NCBI RefSeq assembly: GCF_000737315.1
Contig: NZ_JMCB01000008.1
Location: 20,001 to 268,000, forward strand
Direction of reading: 5' to 3'
DNA from: Hyalangium minutum
GTDB taxonomy: Bacteria; Myxococcota; Myxococcia; Myxococcales; Myxococcaceae
DNA: 248,000 bases
The notes below the pieces were generated by a model. The model saw only the letters and a program-made list of their open reading frames with translations. It ran no database searches and was not told the origin of the DNA. The stretch's first letter is position 1; each line of letters begins with the position of its first letter. A program made the translations under genes and the position numbers. This document shows positions 52,323 to 63,658 of this stretch, in pieces.

Positions 52323-52973
52323 CTACCCTTTCGTCCCGAAGCCAGCGGCCTTGAGGGCCGCTTCGGTGAGCCCACTGGTGGGGCTCTGGCGCAGCGAGAA
52401 CAGCCGCGCCACGTACTTGCCGATCATGTCCGCTTCCAGGTTCACGCGCGAGCCCACGCTCTTGCCCTGCAGGGTGGTGCGCGCCTGGGTCTCGGGGATG
52501 AGCTGCACGGTGAAGCGGTCCGCGAGCACCGCGTTGACGGTGAGGCTGATGCCATCCACGGCCACCGAGCCCTTCTCGATGAAGAAGGGCGCCAGCTCGG
52601 TGGGCAGCCGGAAGGCCATGACCCACGAGCCGCCCTCGGGGCGCGTCTCGAGCACCTCGCTCACGGCGTCCACGTGGCCGGAGACCAGGTGCCCGCCCAG
52701 CCGATCTCCCAGCGCCAGCGCGCGCTCCAGGTTCACCTTGGAGCCGGGGCGCAGCGCGTCCATGGTGGTGCGCCGCAGTGTCTCGGGGGCGGCCTGGACC
52801 TTGAAGGTATCCCCACCCCGCTCCACCACCGTGAGGCATGCGCCATCCACGGAGATGGACTCGCCCAGAGCGAAGCTGCCGGCCCCGAGCGCCGTGCGGA
52901 TCCACAGGTCGGTCATCCCACCTGGGACGACACGCTCAACCACACCCACATCCTGAACGAGACCGGTGAACAT
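52323..52973 (-). CDS. ribE: Riboflavin synthase
   Basis: [22 protein letters not shown]. Confidence 0.95.
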   Translation of the reverse strand: MFTGLVQDVGVVERVVPGGMTDLWIRTALGAGSFALGESISVDGACLTVVERGGDTFKVQAAPETLRRTTMDALRPGSKVNLERALALGDRLGGHLVSGHVDAVSEVLETRPEGGSWVMAFRLPTELAPFFIEKGSVAVDGISLTVNAVLADRFTVQLIPETQARTTLQGKSVGSRVNLEADMIGKYVARLFSLRQSPTSGLTEAALKAAGFGTKG

Positions 52974-52996
52974 CGGCGGGGCTTATAACGAATTCT

Positions 52997-54160
52997 TCAG
53001 AACCGCGCCTGAAGGAGCAGATCCTCTCCGAGCTGCTCGAAGGTGACGTCCTTCAACTGAAGGGCCTGGGACATGAGCTTCACGCCCAGCTCGCCCGACC
53101 AGGAGATGCCCTGGCTGCCAATCAGCTTGGGGGCCAGAAACAGGGCCAGCTCGTCCGCCAGCTTGTCGCGGAGGAAGGAGCCGTACATCTCCGCCCCACC
53201 CTCCACGAGCACGTGGTTGAGCCCTTGGCTGGAGATGTGGGCCAGCAAGGCCTTCAGGTCCACGCGACCGCGCTTCTCGCGCACCTGCCACACCTCCACG
53301 CCCTGCTCGATGAAGCGGCGGGCGTTGCGGCCGGTGGGATCCTCCAGCGTGGCCACCACGGTCTTCGCGGACGAGCGCTGGGTGAAGACGGTGTGCGAGG
53401 GCTTCAGGCTCAGCCGCGAGTCCACCACCACGCGCACCGGGTCCTTGCCACGGCCACTCGGCAGCCGGGTGGTGAGCTGCGGATCATCCTTCCGCACGGT
53501 ATTGGCGCCCACGAGGATGACGTCCACGCGATCGCGCAGGCGGTGGACCCATTCGCGCGCCACCGCGCCCGTCACCCAGCGCGAGTCGCCAGTAGCGGTC
53601 GCCAGCTTGCCATCGAGCGTCACCGCGGCCTTGAGCGTGACATAGGGCTTCCGGGTGCGGATGGCCTTGAAGAAGGGCCGGTTGAGGCGATCGGCTTCGG
53701 CCTTGAGGACGCCGGTGCGGACCTCGACCCCGGCGCGCCGCAGCCGGGCCACGCCCTTGCCGCTCACCAGCGGGTTGGGATCCGAGGACGCGCTGATGAC
53801 CCGGCGCACACCGGCCTCGAGGATGGCCAAGGTGCACGGAGGAGTACGCCCATAGTGGTTGCACGGCTCGAGCGTCGTGTAGAGGTCCGCGCCTCGGGCC
53901 CGAGGCCCTGCCGCAGCCAGTGCCATGACCTCGGCGTGCGCCTGGCCCGCGGGCTGGGTGTAGCCCTTCGCGATAATCCGTCCACCCTTCACCAGCACGG
54001 CGCCCACGGAGGGATTCGGGCTGGTACGGCCCAAGCCTTTGACGGCCTCTTCCAGGGCGATGCGCATGAAGAACTCGGCCACGGCCTGATCGAAGTCCGC
54101 GGCGCGCTTCGCCCGAGGGGCCCTGCTGGCCTTCAGCCGTGCCCGCGTCAGGAGCCTCAT
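52997..54160 (-). CDS. ribD: Riboflavin biosynthesis deaminase/reductase
   Basis: [22 protein letters not shown]. Confidence 0.95.
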   Translation of the reverse strand: MRLLTRARLKASRAPRAKRAADFDQAVAEFFMRIALEEAVKGLGRTSPNPSVGAVLVKGGRIIAKGYTQPAGQAHAEVMALAAAGPRARGADLYTTLEPCNHYGRTPPCTLAILEAGVRRVISASSDPNPLVSGKGVARLRRAGVEVRTGVLKAEADRLNRPFFKAIRTRKPYVTLKAAVTLDGKLATATGDSRWVTGAVAREWVHRLRDRVDVILVGANTVRKDDPQLTTRLPSGRGKDPVRVVVDSRLSLKPSHTVFTQRSSAKTVVATLEDPTGRNARRFIEQGVEVWQVREKRGRVDLKALLAHISSQGLNHVLVEGGAEMYGSFLRDKLADELALFLAPKLIGSQGISWSGELGVKLMSQALQLKDVTFEQLGEDLLLQARF

Positions 54161-54663
54161 AACGGCTGGCCCCCCTTGCCGGTCTGGGGCTTGTTGGGCC
54201 GGCCTTCCTTGGACTGGTCCGCGAGCTCTTGCAGCTCGTTCATGAACTCGGCGATGTCGCGGAAGCTCCGGTACACGGAGGCAAAGCGCACATAGGCGAC
54301 CTCATCCAGGACGCGCAGCCGCCGCATCACCTCTTCACCGATGACGCTGGAGGCGACCTCCTTCTCGCCCATGCCCTGCAGCAGCCGCTCGATGTCCTCC
54401 ACGGTCTGCTCGACCTGATCGGCGGACACGGGCCGCTTCTCGCAGGCCTTCTTCAGGCCGTTGACGATCTTCTCCCGATCGAACGCCTCGCGCCGGCCGT
54501 CCTTCTTCACGATGAGCGGATAGAGCTCCTCCACCCGCTCGTACGTGGTGAAGCGCCGCTTGCACTGCAAGCACTCACGGCGCCGGCGGATCACCGATCC
54601 TTCATGCGACTCGCGCGAGTCGATGACCTTGTTCTCGGTGTCCTGGCAGAAGGGGCAGCGCAT
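54157..54663 (-). CDS. nrdR: Transcriptional repressor NrdR
   Basis: [25 protein letters not shown]. Confidence 0.95.
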   Translation of the reverse strand: MRCPFCQDTENKVIDSRESHEGSVIRRRRECLQCKRRFTTYERVEELYPLIVKKDGRREAFDREKIVNGLKKACEKRPVSADQVEQTVEDIERLLQGMGEKEVASSVIGEEVMRRLRVLDEVAYVRFASVYRSFRDIAEFMNELQELADQSKEGRPNKPQTGKGGQPL

Positions 54664-54688
54664 CGGGGGATGAAGCGGAGCTCAGACC

Positions 54689-55945
54689 TTACTTCAACCG
54701 CGAGGCATACAGCGGGAAGGACTTCGTCAGCTCCTTCACCTTGCCACGGACGTGCGCCAGGTGAGCCTCGTCGGAAGCGTGATCCAGCGCCTCGCCGATG
54801 AGCTGGCCGACGATGGCCATCTCGGCCTCCTTCATGCCGCGGGTGGTAATGGCGGGGGTGCCCACGCGGACGCCGGAGGCCACCGTGGGCTTCTCCGGGT
54901 CGAAGGGGATCATGTTCTTGTTCACGGTGATGCCGGCCTTGTCCAGCACCTCCTCGGCCACCTTGCCGGTGATCTTCTTGGGGCGCAGGTCCACCAGCAT
55001 GAGGTGGTTGTCCGTGCCACCCGAGCACAGGCGCAGGCCCGCCTTCTGGAGCGCCTCGGCCAGGGCCTTGGCGTTGGCGACGATCTGCCGCTGGTAGGCC
55101 TTGAACTCGGGGGTGAGCGCCTCGCGGAAGGCCACGGCCTTGGCGGCGATGACGTGCATCAGCGGACCGCCCTGGATGCCCGGGAAGATCTGGCTGTTGA
55201 CCGTCTTGGCGTACTGCTCCTTGCACAAGATGAGGCCGCCACGAGGGCCGCGCAGCGTCTTGTGCGTGGTGGAGGTGACGAACTCCGCCAGGGGCACCGG
55301 CGAGGGGTGAATGCCTGCGGCCACCAGGCCGGCGATGTGGGCCATGTCCACCATCATCGCGGCGCCCACGCTGTCGGCGATCTCGCGGAACTTGGCGAAG
55401 TCGAGGGTGCGCGGGTACGCGCTGGCGCCTACGACGATGACGCGCGGCTTGTGCTCCTGGGCCAGCGAGGCCACCTGGGCGAAGTCGATCGTCTCCGTGT
55501 CGCGGGTGAGCCCGTAGTGGACCACCTTGTAGAGCTTGCCGGAGAAGTTGAAGGCAGCGCCGTGGGTGAGGTGGCCGCCGGAGTTCAGGTCCAGCGACAG
55601 CATGGTGTCACCGGGCTTCATCAGCGCCATGTAGGCGCCCATGTTGGCCTGGCTGCCGGAGTGGGGCTGGACGTTGGCGGCCTCGGCGCCGAACAGCTCC
55701 TTGACGCGGTTGATGGCCAGGTTCTCGGCCACATCCACCACCTCGCAGCCGCCGTAGTAGCGCTTGCCCGGGTAGCCCTCGGCGTACTTGTTGGTGAGCA
55801 CCGAGCCCACGGCCGTCATCACCGCCGGGCTGACGAAGTTCTCCGAGGCGATGAGCTCCAGTCCCTGCTCCTGGCGCTCCGTCTCCTGACGGACGACCTG
55901 GGCGATCTCGGGATCAACCTCTGCCAGCGTACGGGTGTTCTCCAT
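54689..55945 (-). CDS. glyA: Serine hydroxymethyltransferase
   Basis: [26 protein letters not shown]. Confidence 0.97.
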   Translation of the reverse strand: MENTRTLAEVDPEIAQVVRQETERQEQGLELIASENFVSPAVMTAVGSVLTNKYAEGYPGKRYYGGCEVVDVAENLAINRVKELFGAEAANVQPHSGSQANMGAYMALMKPGDTMLSLDLNSGGHLTHGAAFNFSGKLYKVVHYGLTRDTETIDFAQVASLAQEHKPRVIVVGASAYPRTLDFAKFREIADSVGAAMMVDMAHIAGLVAAGIHPSPVPLAEFVTSTTHKTLRGPRGGLILCKEQYAKTVNSQIFPGIQGGPLMHVIAAKAVAFREALTPEFKAYQRQIVANAKALAEALQKAGLRLCSGGTDNHLMLVDLRPKKITGKVAEEVLDKAGITVNKNMIPFDPEKPTVASGVRVGTPAITTRGMKEAEMAIVGQLIGEALDHASDEAHLAHVRGKVKELTKSFPLYASRLK

Positions 55946-55980
55946 GGGGTGCCTCGACAGGTGAGAGGTTCAGATGGGCC

Positions 55981-56424
55981 TTAGCGCTCGGACTCAGCCT
56001 CGCGGATCTTCTGGACGCGCTGCTCGTGCCGGCCGCCCGCGAAGGGGGTGGCCAGGAAGGCCTCGAGGATGGCCTGGGCAACACCGGAGCCCACCACCCG
56101 CTGCCCCAGGCACAGCACGTTGGCGTCATTGTGAGCGCGGGCCATCCGCGCCTCATACTCGGTGGTGCACAGGGCGGCGCGCACGCCCTTGTACTTGTTG
56201 GCCACGATGCTCATGCCGATGCCCGTGCCGCACACCAGCACGCCGTGGGTGTACTGCCCGGCGGCGACTGCGCGAGCCACCCGGGTGGCGAAGTCCGGGT
56301 AGTCCACGGACTCGCGTGAGGTGGGGCCCACGTCCTCGAAGGCAACACCGCGCTCCCGGAGCCCGTCCACCAGCGCCTGGCGGAGCTCGAGCCCCGCGTG
56401 GTCGGATGCCAGGATGATCTTCAC
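55981..56424 (-). CDS. rpiB: Ribose-5-phosphate isomerase B
   Basis: SDHAG, CGTGIG, HNDAN, GGRH. Confidence 0.93.
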   Translation of the reverse strand: MKIILASDHAGLELRQALVDGLRERGVAFEDVGPTSRESVDYPDFATRVARAVAAGQYTHGVLVCGTGIGMSIVANKYKGVRAALCTTEYEARMARAHNDANVLCLGQRVVGSGVAQAILEAFLATPFAGGRHEQRVQKIREAESER

Positions 56425-56454
56425 GCGGGGCTCCTCCCTGGGGAGCGGAACGCT

Positions 56455-57711
56455 CTACTTGAAGCGCCGGAACAGCAGCACCGCGTTGGTGCCACCGAAG
56501 CCGAACGAGTTGCTCATGGCCGCATCGACCCGGATCTCGCGCGGCTGGTTCGGCACGTAGTCCAGATCGCACTCCGGGTCAGGCGTGGTGTAGTTGATGG
56601 TCGGGGGCAGCACGCCGCGCAGCAGGGCCAGCACACTGACGACGGCCTCGGCGCCACCGGCCGCGCCGAGCATGTGCCCAGTCATCGACTTGGTGGAGGA
56701 CACGGCCACCTTCTTGGCGTGCGCGCCAAAGACGGCCTTGATGGCCTTGGACTCGTTGGCGTCGTTGTACGGGGTAGAGGTGCCGTGGGCGTTGATGTAG
56801 CCCACCTCCTCCGGGTTGAGCCCCGACGAGGCCAGCGCCAGGCGCATGCAGCGGGCCGCGCCCTCGCCCTCGGGGGCCGGCGCGGTGACGTGGTTGGCGT
56901 CCGAGTTGGCGCCGTAGCCCACCAGCTCCGCGAGGATGGTGGCGCCGCGCTTCTTGGCCGACTCCAGCTCCTCCAGGATGACGATGCCGGCGCCCTCACC
57001 CATCACGAAGCCATCACGGTCCTTGTCGAACGGGCGGCTGGCGGCGGAGGGGTTGTCGTTGTGCGTGGACAGCGCCTTCATCACCGAGAAGCCACCCATG
57101 CCCAGCGGGGTGATGGCGGCCTCGGCGCCACCGGCGATCACCGCGTCACACTCGCCCAGGCGGATGGACTTCCAGGCCTCGCCAATGGCATGGGCGCTGG
57201 TGGCGCAGGCGGACACCGGGGACCAGTTGGGACCCTTGGCGCCGTACCGGATGGAGATCAGCCCGGGCGCCATGTTGATGATCATCTGAATGATGAAGAA
57301 GGGCGACAGCCGGTCAAACCCCTTCTCCAGGCCCTTCTTGTGCTGCTCCTCGAGCGAAGCGATGCCGCCAATGCCCGAACCGACGATGACGCCAACGCGC
57401 TCCTGCTGGTAGCCGTGCGGCTTGTCCGTGCCGATGGGAAGGCCGCTCTCCTTCACGGCCATCTCGGCGGCGGCCACCGCGTACTGGGCGAACAGGTCCA
57501 TCCGGCGCACTTCGCGCTTGTCCATGTACTGCTCGGGGACGAAGTCCTTCACCTCACCCGCGAACCGCGTGTCGAGCTTGCCGACATCGAAGCGGGTGAT
57601 GGGCGCGATGCCCGACTTACCGGCGAGCATCGCCTGCCAGTTCTTCTCGGTCCCGGTACCCAGTGCCGTGATCAACCCGGTACCCGTGACGACGACTCGA
57701 CGGTTTGACAC
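56455..57711 (-). CDS. fabF: Beta-ketoacyl-ACP synthase II
   Basis: [26 protein letters not shown]. Confidence 0.95.
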   Translation of the reverse strand: MSNRRVVVTGTGLITALGTGTEKNWQAMLAGKSGIAPITRFDVGKLDTRFAGEVKDFVPEQYMDKREVRRMDLFAQYAVAAAEMAVKESGLPIGTDKPHGYQQERVGVIVGSGIGGIASLEEQHKKGLEKGFDRLSPFFIIQMIINMAPGLISIRYGAKGPNWSPVSACATSAHAIGEAWKSIRLGECDAVIAGGAEAAITPLGMGGFSVMKALSTHNDNPSAASRPFDKDRDGFVMGEGAGIVILEELESAKKRGATILAELVGYGANSDANHVTAPAPEGEGAARCMRLALASSGLNPEEVGYINAHGTSTPYNDANESKAIKAVFGAHAKKVAVSSTKSMTGHMLGAAGGAEAVVSVLALLRGVLPPTINYTTPDPECDLDYVPNQPREIRVDAAMSNSFGFGGTNAVLLFRRFK

Positions 57712-57803
57712 GTTCCTCTCCAACAGGGTGGCTGCAACGACAGCGCGCGCGGCCACGGGAACGCTGGAGGCCAGCGTTCCTCCGGCCCGGCCACGCAAAC
57801 GCC

Positions 57804-58055
57804 TTACTTCTTATCGTTCTTGTGGGTGTTGATGTAGTTGACGGCGTCAGCGACGGTCTTGATGTTCTCGGCCTCCTCGTCGGGGATCTCGACCTCGAAC
57901 TCCTCCTCCATCGCCATCACGAGCTCCACGATGTCGAGGCTGTCGGCGCCAAGGTCCTCAATAAAGGAGGACTCGGGCTTGATCTCCTCCTCCCCCACCC
58001 CGAGCTGGTCGGCGATGATGGACTTGACCTTGGACTCGATAGTTGCGTTCGACAT
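57804..58055 (-). CDS. acpP: Acyl carrier protein
   Basis: DLGADSLD. Confidence 0.95.
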   Translation of the reverse strand: MSNATIESKVKSIIADQLGVGEEEIKPESSFIEDLGADSLDIVELVMAMEEEFEVEIPDEEAENIKTVADAVNYINTHKNDKK

Positions 58056-58160
58056 AAGTGCTGAATCCTCCAGGAACCATGTGGGGGCCCGCCCTACTTC
58101 CCGGGCCCAATCAAAGGCGGGCGCGGTATATCCCACGACCGCCAGCAATCCAACCGTGGG

Positions 58161-58907
58161 CTACATGTACATGCCGCCATTCACCTTCAGGACTTCTCCG
58201 GTGATGTAGGCGGCCGAATCGCTGGCCAGGAATACCACAGCGTTGGCCACCTCTTCCGGGGTGCCCAGACGGGCCAGCGGAATGGTCTCCACCATCTTCT
58301 TACGCATCTCGTCATTGATGCTCGCCGTCATGTCCGTGCCAATGAAGCCCGGAGAGACAGCGTTGACGCGGATGTTGCGGCTGGCCAGTTCCTTGGCCAC
58401 CGACTTGGTCAGGCCAATGAGGCCCGCCTTGGAGGCGGAGTAAGCGGCCTGTCCCCCATTGCCCGACTCGCCGACAATGGAGGTGAGGTTGATGATGGCC
58501 CCGCTGCGCTGCTTCATCATCGGCCGGCTGGCGGCGCGGATGAGCGCAAAGGCGCCCTTGAGGTTGGTGTCCAACTGCTTGTCCCAGTCCTCGTCCTTCA
58601 TCCGCATGACCAGGCCGTCCACGGCCACGCCCGCGTTGTTGACGAGCACGTCCAGCCGGCCGTGCGTCTTGACGAGGGTATCCACGGCGGAGGCGCACGC
58701 GGCGGTGTCCGCCACGTCGAACTTCACGGCCTCGGCCTTGGCGCCCGCCTCCTGGACGAGCTTGACCGACTCCTGAGCCGCCGCCTCGTTGCCGGCATAG
58801 TTGACGACGACCACGGCAGCGCCCGCCTTGGCGAACGCCACCGCGCACGCCCGGCCAATGCCGCGCGAGCCACCGGTTACCAGAACCACCTTGTCCTTGA
58901 AGCTCAT
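58161..58907 (-). CDS. fabG: 3-oxoacyl-ACP reductase
   Basis: TGGSRGIG, NNAG, YSASK. Confidence 0.93.
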   Translation of the reverse strand: MSFKDKVVLVTGGSRGIGRACAVAFAKAGAAVVVVNYAGNEAAAQESVKLVQEAGAKAEAVKFDVADTAACASAVDTLVKTHGRLDVLVNNAGVAVDGLVMRMKDEDWDKQLDTNLKGAFALIRAASRPMMKQRSGAIINLTSIVGESGNGGQAAYSASKAGLIGLTKSVAKELASRNIRVNAVSPGFIGTDMTASINDEMRKKMVETIPLARLGTPEEVANAVVFLASDSAAYITGEVLKVNGGMYM

Positions 58908-59842
58908 GCTGCCCCCAGCGCCGCCAGCGTCTTCTCGAGGCTCGCGGCGTCTTCGACGTTGAACGTCTCGATGTCCTTGCTGATGCGCTTGACGAGCCCG
59001 GCCAGCACCTTGCCCGGCCCCAGCTCCACCACGCGCGTCACTCCTGCGGCCTTGAGGGCCTCCACGCACTCGATCCAGCGGACCGGCGCGCTGACCTGCT
59101 CCAGCAGCAGCGGCACCACGCGGGCGGCGTCGCTGTTGGGCTGGGCCTCCACGTTGGTCACCACAGGAATGCGAGGCGCGGCCACCTTCACCTTGCCGAG
59201 CGCCTCGGCCAGCAGGGGTTTCACCGAATCCATCAGCGCGCAGTGGAAAGGCGCGGACACCGGCAGGGGCATCACGCGCTTGGCGCCCGCCTCCTTGAGC
59301 ATGACTGAGGCGCGGGACACCGCAGAAGCATGGCCGGCGATGACCGTCTGCTCGGGCGAGTTGTAGTTGGCAGGAGCCACCACCTCGCCCTGCGCCGCCG
59401 CATCACAGGCCGCCTTCACCTTGTCCGGCTCCAGGCCCAGCACGGCCGCCATGGCGCCGACACCTGAAGGCACGGCCTCCTGCATGAAGGTGCCACGGGC
59501 ACGAACGGCCCGGACGGCATCCGCCAGCGGCAGCGAGCTCGCGGCCACCAGCGCCGAGTACTCCCCGAGCGAGTGCCCGGCGACGAAGGCGGGCTCCTGC
59601 ACGCGCTTGGAGAACACCGCATGCACGGCCAGAGACACGGTGAGGATCGCCGGCTGGGTGTTGGCGGTGAGCTTCAGCGCCTCCTCGGGCCCCTCGAAGC
59701 ACAGGGTGGACAGCTTCTCACGCAGCGCATCGTCCACAGCCTCGAAGACAGCGCGGGCCTCGGGGAACTTCTCGAGCAGGTCCTTCCCCATGCCCACCTT
59801 CTGGCTGCCCTGGCCGGGGAAGACGAAAGCAATCTTCGACAT
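58904..59842 (-). CDS. fabD: Malonyl-CoA:ACP transacylase
   Basis: FPGQG, GHSLGE, SAPFH. Confidence 0.95.
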   Translation of the reverse strand: MSKIAFVFPGQGSQKVGMGKDLLEKFPEARAVFEAVDDALREKLSTLCFEGPEEALKLTANTQPAILTVSLAVHAVFSKRVQEPAFVAGHSLGEYSALVAASSLPLADAVRAVRARGTFMQEAVPSGVGAMAAVLGLEPDKVKAACDAAAQGEVVAPANYNSPEQTVIAGHASAVSRASVMLKEAGAKRVMPLPVSAPFHCALMDSVKPLLAEALGKVKVAAPRIPVVTNVEAQPNSDAARVVPLLLEQVSAPVRWIECVEALKAAGVTRVVELGPGKVLAGLVKRISKDIETFNVEDAASLEKTLAALGAA

Positions 59843-59874
59843 GTGTCCTCAAACCCTCCCTGACTGCTCTGGGG

Positions 59875-60858
59875 TCACCAGCGCACGACGGCGCTGCCCC
59901 ATGCCATCCCCGCTCCCACCGCCATGATGGCGACGAGGTCCCCGCGCTTGATCTTTCCAGCACGGACGGCCTCATCCAATGCAATGGGCACCGAGGCGGC
60001 GGACGTGTTGCCGTATTTATCGAGGTTGATCCAGCACTTCTCGATCGGGATCTCGATGCGCTGGAGCACCGCCTCGAGGATGCGCATGTTGGCCTGGTGG
60101 ACGATGACGTAATCCACCTGCTGGGGCGTGTAGCCGTGAACCTTGAGCGACTCCAGCGTGATGCCTGTCAGCTCACGCACGGCGCACTTGAAGACCTCGC
60201 GGCCGTTCATGACCACCTTGTGGCGCTGCTCGCGGAGGTTGTCCTCGGTCAGCGGCTCTCGGGAGCCGCCCGCGGGGACGGTGAGGATCTCCGCCAGCGT
60301 GCCGTCCGTGCGCAGGTGGGTGGAGAGGATGCCGCGCCCCTCCTCCTGGGCAGGCGCCAGGACCATGGCCCCGGCCCCGTCGCCAAAGAGGACACAGGTG
60401 TTGCGGTCCTTCCAGTTGAGCAGGCCGGTGAACAGGTCCGCGCCGATCACGAGCGCCCGCTTCGCCTGCCCCGAGCGGACGAACTGCTCCGCCACCGACA
60501 GGGCGTACACCGAGCCCGCGCACGCGGCGGCCACATCGAAGGCAAACGCCTTCTTGGCCCCCAGCTTCGCCTGAACGAGCACCGCGCAGGACGGCATGGG
60601 CATGTCTGGCGTGATGGTCCCCACCACGATCAGATCGATGTCCTCGGGGGCGACCCCGGCCATCTCCAGCGCCTTGCGAGCGGCAGCGACGGCCATGTCG
60701 CTTGTCGCCTCGCCGGGTGCGGCTCTGCGACGCTCCTTGATGCCCGTCCGCTCGGTAATCCAAGCGTCGGACGTATCGACGACCTTCTCGAGATCGTGAT
60801 TGGTAATGACCTGGGCTGGAGCGTAGGAACCCGTTCCGATGATCTGCGCGAGGGGCAC
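59875..60858 (-). CDS. fabH: Beta-ketoacyl-ACP synthase III
   Basis: AACAG, HQAN, GNTSAAS. Confidence 0.93.
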   Translation of the reverse strand: MPLAQIIGTGSYAPAQVITNHDLEKVVDTSDAWITERTGIKERRRAAPGEATSDMAVAAARKALEMAGVAPEDIDLIVVGTITPDMPMPSCAVLVQAKLGAKKAFAFDVAAACAGSVYALSVAEQFVRSGQAKRALVIGADLFTGLLNWKDRNTCVLFGDGAGAMVLAPAQEEGRGILSTHLRTDGTLAEILTVPAGGSREPLTEDNLREQRHKVVMNGREVFKCAVRELTGITLESLKVHGYTPQQVDYVIVHQANMRILEAVLQRIEIPIEKCWINLDKYGNTSAASVPIALDEAVRAGKIKRGDLVAIMAVGAGMAWGSAVVRW

Positions 60859-61130
60859 GTGGTACTCCCGAAGTGTCGTCGGAACACAACGCCGAGCGCG
60901 GCGTCTCTAATCGGAAATACCGCCCACTGTCGCTCTTTTTCCTATCTGGTCAGCGGGCGGCCGAGCAGCGCCCGGCAACGTAGCGAGCCTCCCTGACACC
61001 CGGCGGCGCGCCCCAGAGTGGGCACACCCGACGGACTTCACGGGAGGACATAGCCATGCCCGGACGCCGCGAGCGTTGCGCGGCGCGGCGCGGCGCGGCG
61101 AGCAGACCTCAGGATAAACGGGCAGCGTTC

Positions 61131-61157
61131 CTGGGCGGGCTCGAGGCCCGCCCAGGC
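61131..61157 (-). terminator. Hairpin downstream of rpmF
   Basis: CCTGGGCGGGC-TCGAG-GCCCGCCCAGG inverted repeat. Confidence 0.5.
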
Positions 61158-61183
61158 GAGGAGGAGCCTGGAAGGCGCCTCAC

Positions 61184-61366
61184 CTACTCCGTGGCGATGA
61201 CTTCACGGCCACCATAGTTACCGCAGGCGGCGCAGGCGCGGTGCGGCAGCACCGGCTCCTTGCACTTGGCGCACTTGATGACCTGCACGGCGGAGCGCAG
61301 GTTGTTGTTGGCCGCGCGACGGCGATCCCGGCGCATCTTCGACGTCCGCTTCTTGGGAACTCCCAC
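61184..61366 (-). CDS. rpmF: 50S ribosomal protein L32
   Basis: MGVPKKRTSK...CxxC...HRACAACG. Confidence 0.95.
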   Translation of the reverse strand: MGVPKKRTSKMRRDRRRAANNNLRSAVQVIKCAKCKEPVLPHRACAACGNYGGREVIATE

Positions 61367-61375
61367 GACTCACCT

Positions 61376-61966
61376 CTAGTTCAGCTTGATGTTCATGAGC
61401 GGCGCGAGCCGAGGGTCGATGACCTTCGTCTCGCAACCACACTGCTTCTCGTTGAGGTTCTGGCCACACTGCGCGCAGAGCCCCTTGCAGTCCTCACGGC
61501 AGACTGCGTTCATCGGGAGGGCGAGCAATACCTGCTCTCGGATGATCGGATCCAGATCGATCGTCTTGCCGTCGAACACTTCCTCGTCGGCATCCTCCAA
61601 CTCAAAGGAACCGGCCGTCTCCCCCTGCCCGCGATCATCGTCCGTCGCCTTCTCGCCCCCCACGTCATCACCCCGGACGAGCGACTCAGGGACCAGGTTG
61701 ATCGTGAAGGCCACGGGCAGGTCCAGCGTCACGTCCACGAGGCAGCGCTTGCACGGCGCGGCCATATGGGCCGTGAACTTCCCCTCCACCAGCACTCCGC
61801 CGCTCACCTTCCGCAAGGACGCATGAAGCGTCGAGGGACGGGTCGCCCGGAAGCCGGTGTCCCGGCCAGCCCCTGCCCCAGTGAGTACCTCCTGGAGCAG
61901 CTCGAGACCGATGGGCTCATCCAGCTTGAGCCCCGGCTCTTGAATTTGTTCAATCTTTACGAGCAT
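61376..61966 (-). CDS. yceD: YceD/DUF177 protein
   Basis: CKRCL, CREDCKGLC..CG.NLN, DPRL; precedes rpmF. Confidence 0.9.
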   Translation of the reverse strand: MLVKIEQIQEPGLKLDEPIGLELLQEVLTGAGAGRDTGFRATRPSTLHASLRKVSGGVLVEGKFTAHMAAPCKRCLVDVTLDLPVAFTINLVPESLVRGDDVGGEKATDDDRGQGETAGSFELEDADEEVFDGKTIDLDPIIREQVLLALPMNAVCREDCKGLCAQCGQNLNEKQCGCETKVIDPRLAPLMNIKLN

Positions 61967-61995
61967 CTACAAGGCGTCCAGACAAAAGGGCGCGC

Positions 61996-62024
61996 AACAT
62001 AGAGGGGCACCCCCCAAAAGTCAA
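61996..62024 (-). promoter_or_regulatory. Sigma70-like promoter of yceD-rpmF
   Basis: TTGACT-17-TATGTT on minus strand. Confidence 0.55.
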
Positions 62025-62129
62025 CGCGCCTCCGTTGATGAAAAAACACGGTGGATTTCACCCGGCCGTGACCCGGCCCTGGGCACCTTCCGTGGATCCT
62101 CCTAATAACGCTCTGGTACCGTCCATGTA

Positions 62130-63047
62130 ATGCACGGTTGGCGACTGCGTGTTGGGGTGAGCATCTTGGTCGGCGGGCTCCTGAGCCCTGCCCTGGTCTC
62201 GGCTCGGCCGGCCTTCCCCTCGCCCCTCCTCTTCCAGCTGGGGCCCACGAATCCGGAGATCACCCGCGCCCAGGAGCAGATCGAGCAAGGGGACTTCGAG
62301 GACGCCGTGAAGACCCTGCAGGCGGGCCTGGACAAGCCGGACGTCACGGATGACCAGCTCGTGGAGCTCTACCGCCTGCTCGGGCTGGCCTCGCTCTACC
62401 TGGGCGACGAGGCGCGGGCCCGCGAGGCCTATGAGCGCCTGCTCCAGGCCCGGCCGGACTTCGAGCTGTCTCGCAACGCGCCGCCCAAGCTGCGCAACCT
62501 CTACGCGCGCATCAAGGAGGACATCAAGAGCCGGCGCGTCCGCCCCGTGACGCTCACGGTGGACCCCATCCCGGATCCCCAGGGCGGTGAGCCGGTGACG
62601 GTGGACGCGCGCATCCAGGACATGGCCCTGGGCGCCAAGGCGAAGATCTTCTACCGGCGCGCCGGCGACCAGGCCTTCAACTCCGTGGACTTCATCCGCG
62701 ACCGCTCCACCTCTAATAAGGAGAAGGAGCGCTACCGCGCCACCCTGCCCGCCTACGAGCTCCCCGCCGAGGCCACCGCCTACGAGGTGGAGTACTACTT
62801 CGAGGTGGCGGACGCGGCGCAGCGGCGGCTGGCGGGCCGGGGCGACTCCTTCCACCCGCTCGTGTTCCAGGTCCTGCCCCAGCAGGCGGGCCAACCCGCA
62901 GCGACTGCCTCCCGCCCTTGGTACAAGAGCCCCTGGCTCTGGGTCGCCGTGGGCGCAGTGGCCGTCGGAGGCACCGCCGCGGGTGTCGCCATCGCCACCT
63001 CCGAGGAGCGCGGCCGCGTCCCCGTCACCATCCGCGTCAATCCATGA
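62130..63047 (+). CDS. Secreted TPR-like protein with C-terminal TM
   Basis: Signal peptide, helical N-terminus, PWYKSPWLW TM. Confidence 0.6.
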   Translation: MHGWRLRVGVSILVGGLLSPALVSARPAFPSPLLFQLGPTNPEITRAQEQIEQGDFEDAVKTLQAGLDKPDVTDDQLVELYRLLGLASLYLGDEARAREAYERLLQARPDFELSRNAPPKLRNLYARIKEDIKSRRVRPVTLTVDPIPDPQGGEPVTVDARIQDMALGAKAKIFYRRAGDQAFNSVDFIRDRSTSNKEKERYRATLPAYELPAEATAYEVEYYFEVADAAQRRLAGRGDSFHPLVFQVLPQQAGQPAATASRPWYKSPWLWVAVGAVAVGGTAAGVAIATSEERGRVPVTIRVNP

Positions 63048-63550
63048 GCCCGCGTCCTCTTCCGCTTGCTTTGCTGCTCCTCCCGCTCGCCGCTGGCTGT
63101 GGCGAGGACTTCCACCCTGGCACAGCCCGCTTCGGGGTAGACCTCCTCGTGGACAAGGCCGTCGCGAGCCAGCTCTCCGCCTTTCAGATCGCGGTCCTTC
63201 CCAATGGGAAGCAGCGCAACTGCACGGACCTCCAGAGGATGTGCCTGCGCTCGCAGGTGAAGATCGACGAGCTGCTGGTGCTGCACGACGGCAAGGGCGC
63301 CGAGGGCCGCGCCCTCCGCTTCCCGGTGAACCTGACCGGCACCGGCGGCACCACGCAAGACGTCAGCGTGGAGGTGCCCGTGGGCCGCGACTACGCGCTC
63401 GTCATCGAGGCGCTGTCCGTGGACAACCCTCCTCAGTTCCTGGGCAGCTCCTGCAACCGCCTACCGGAGGTCAACGCGAGCCGGAACGATCCGATCCTCG
63501 CCGAGCCCATCACCCTGACCTCCGTGGCGTGCGATCCCACCATCCCCTGA
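63044..63550 (+). CDS. Hypothetical lipoprotein
   Basis: LAAGC lipobox, ATGA overlap with upstream gene. Confidence 0.6.
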   Translation: MSPRPLPLALLLLPLAAGCGEDFHPGTARFGVDLLVDKAVASQLSAFQIAVLPNGKQRNCTDLQRMCLRSQVKIDELLVLHDGKGAEGRALRFPVNLTGTGGTTQDVSVEVPVGRDYALVIEALSVDNPPQFLGSSCNRLPEVNASRNDPILAEPITLTSVACDPTIP

Positions 63551-63616
63551 GCCGGGGCCCCGTGCCTGGCCGCCTCCCCGGGGTGCGGCGAGTCTGAACC
63601 AGACACTCTGTGTGGG

Positions 63617-63634
63617 TTTCACATCGCTGTCACA
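63617..63634 (+). promoter_or_regulatory. Pho-box-like direct repeat
   Basis: TTTCACA / TGTCACA at 11-bp spacing upstream of phoP-like gene. Confidence 0.6.
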
Positions 63635-63658
63635 ATGGGATCTGCTAGTGCTAGGGGC

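Noticed and set aside
61037-61215. Short plus-strand ORF with SD between fabH and rpmF
   Set aside because: Runs antisense through the rpmF terminator; low complexity and no motif
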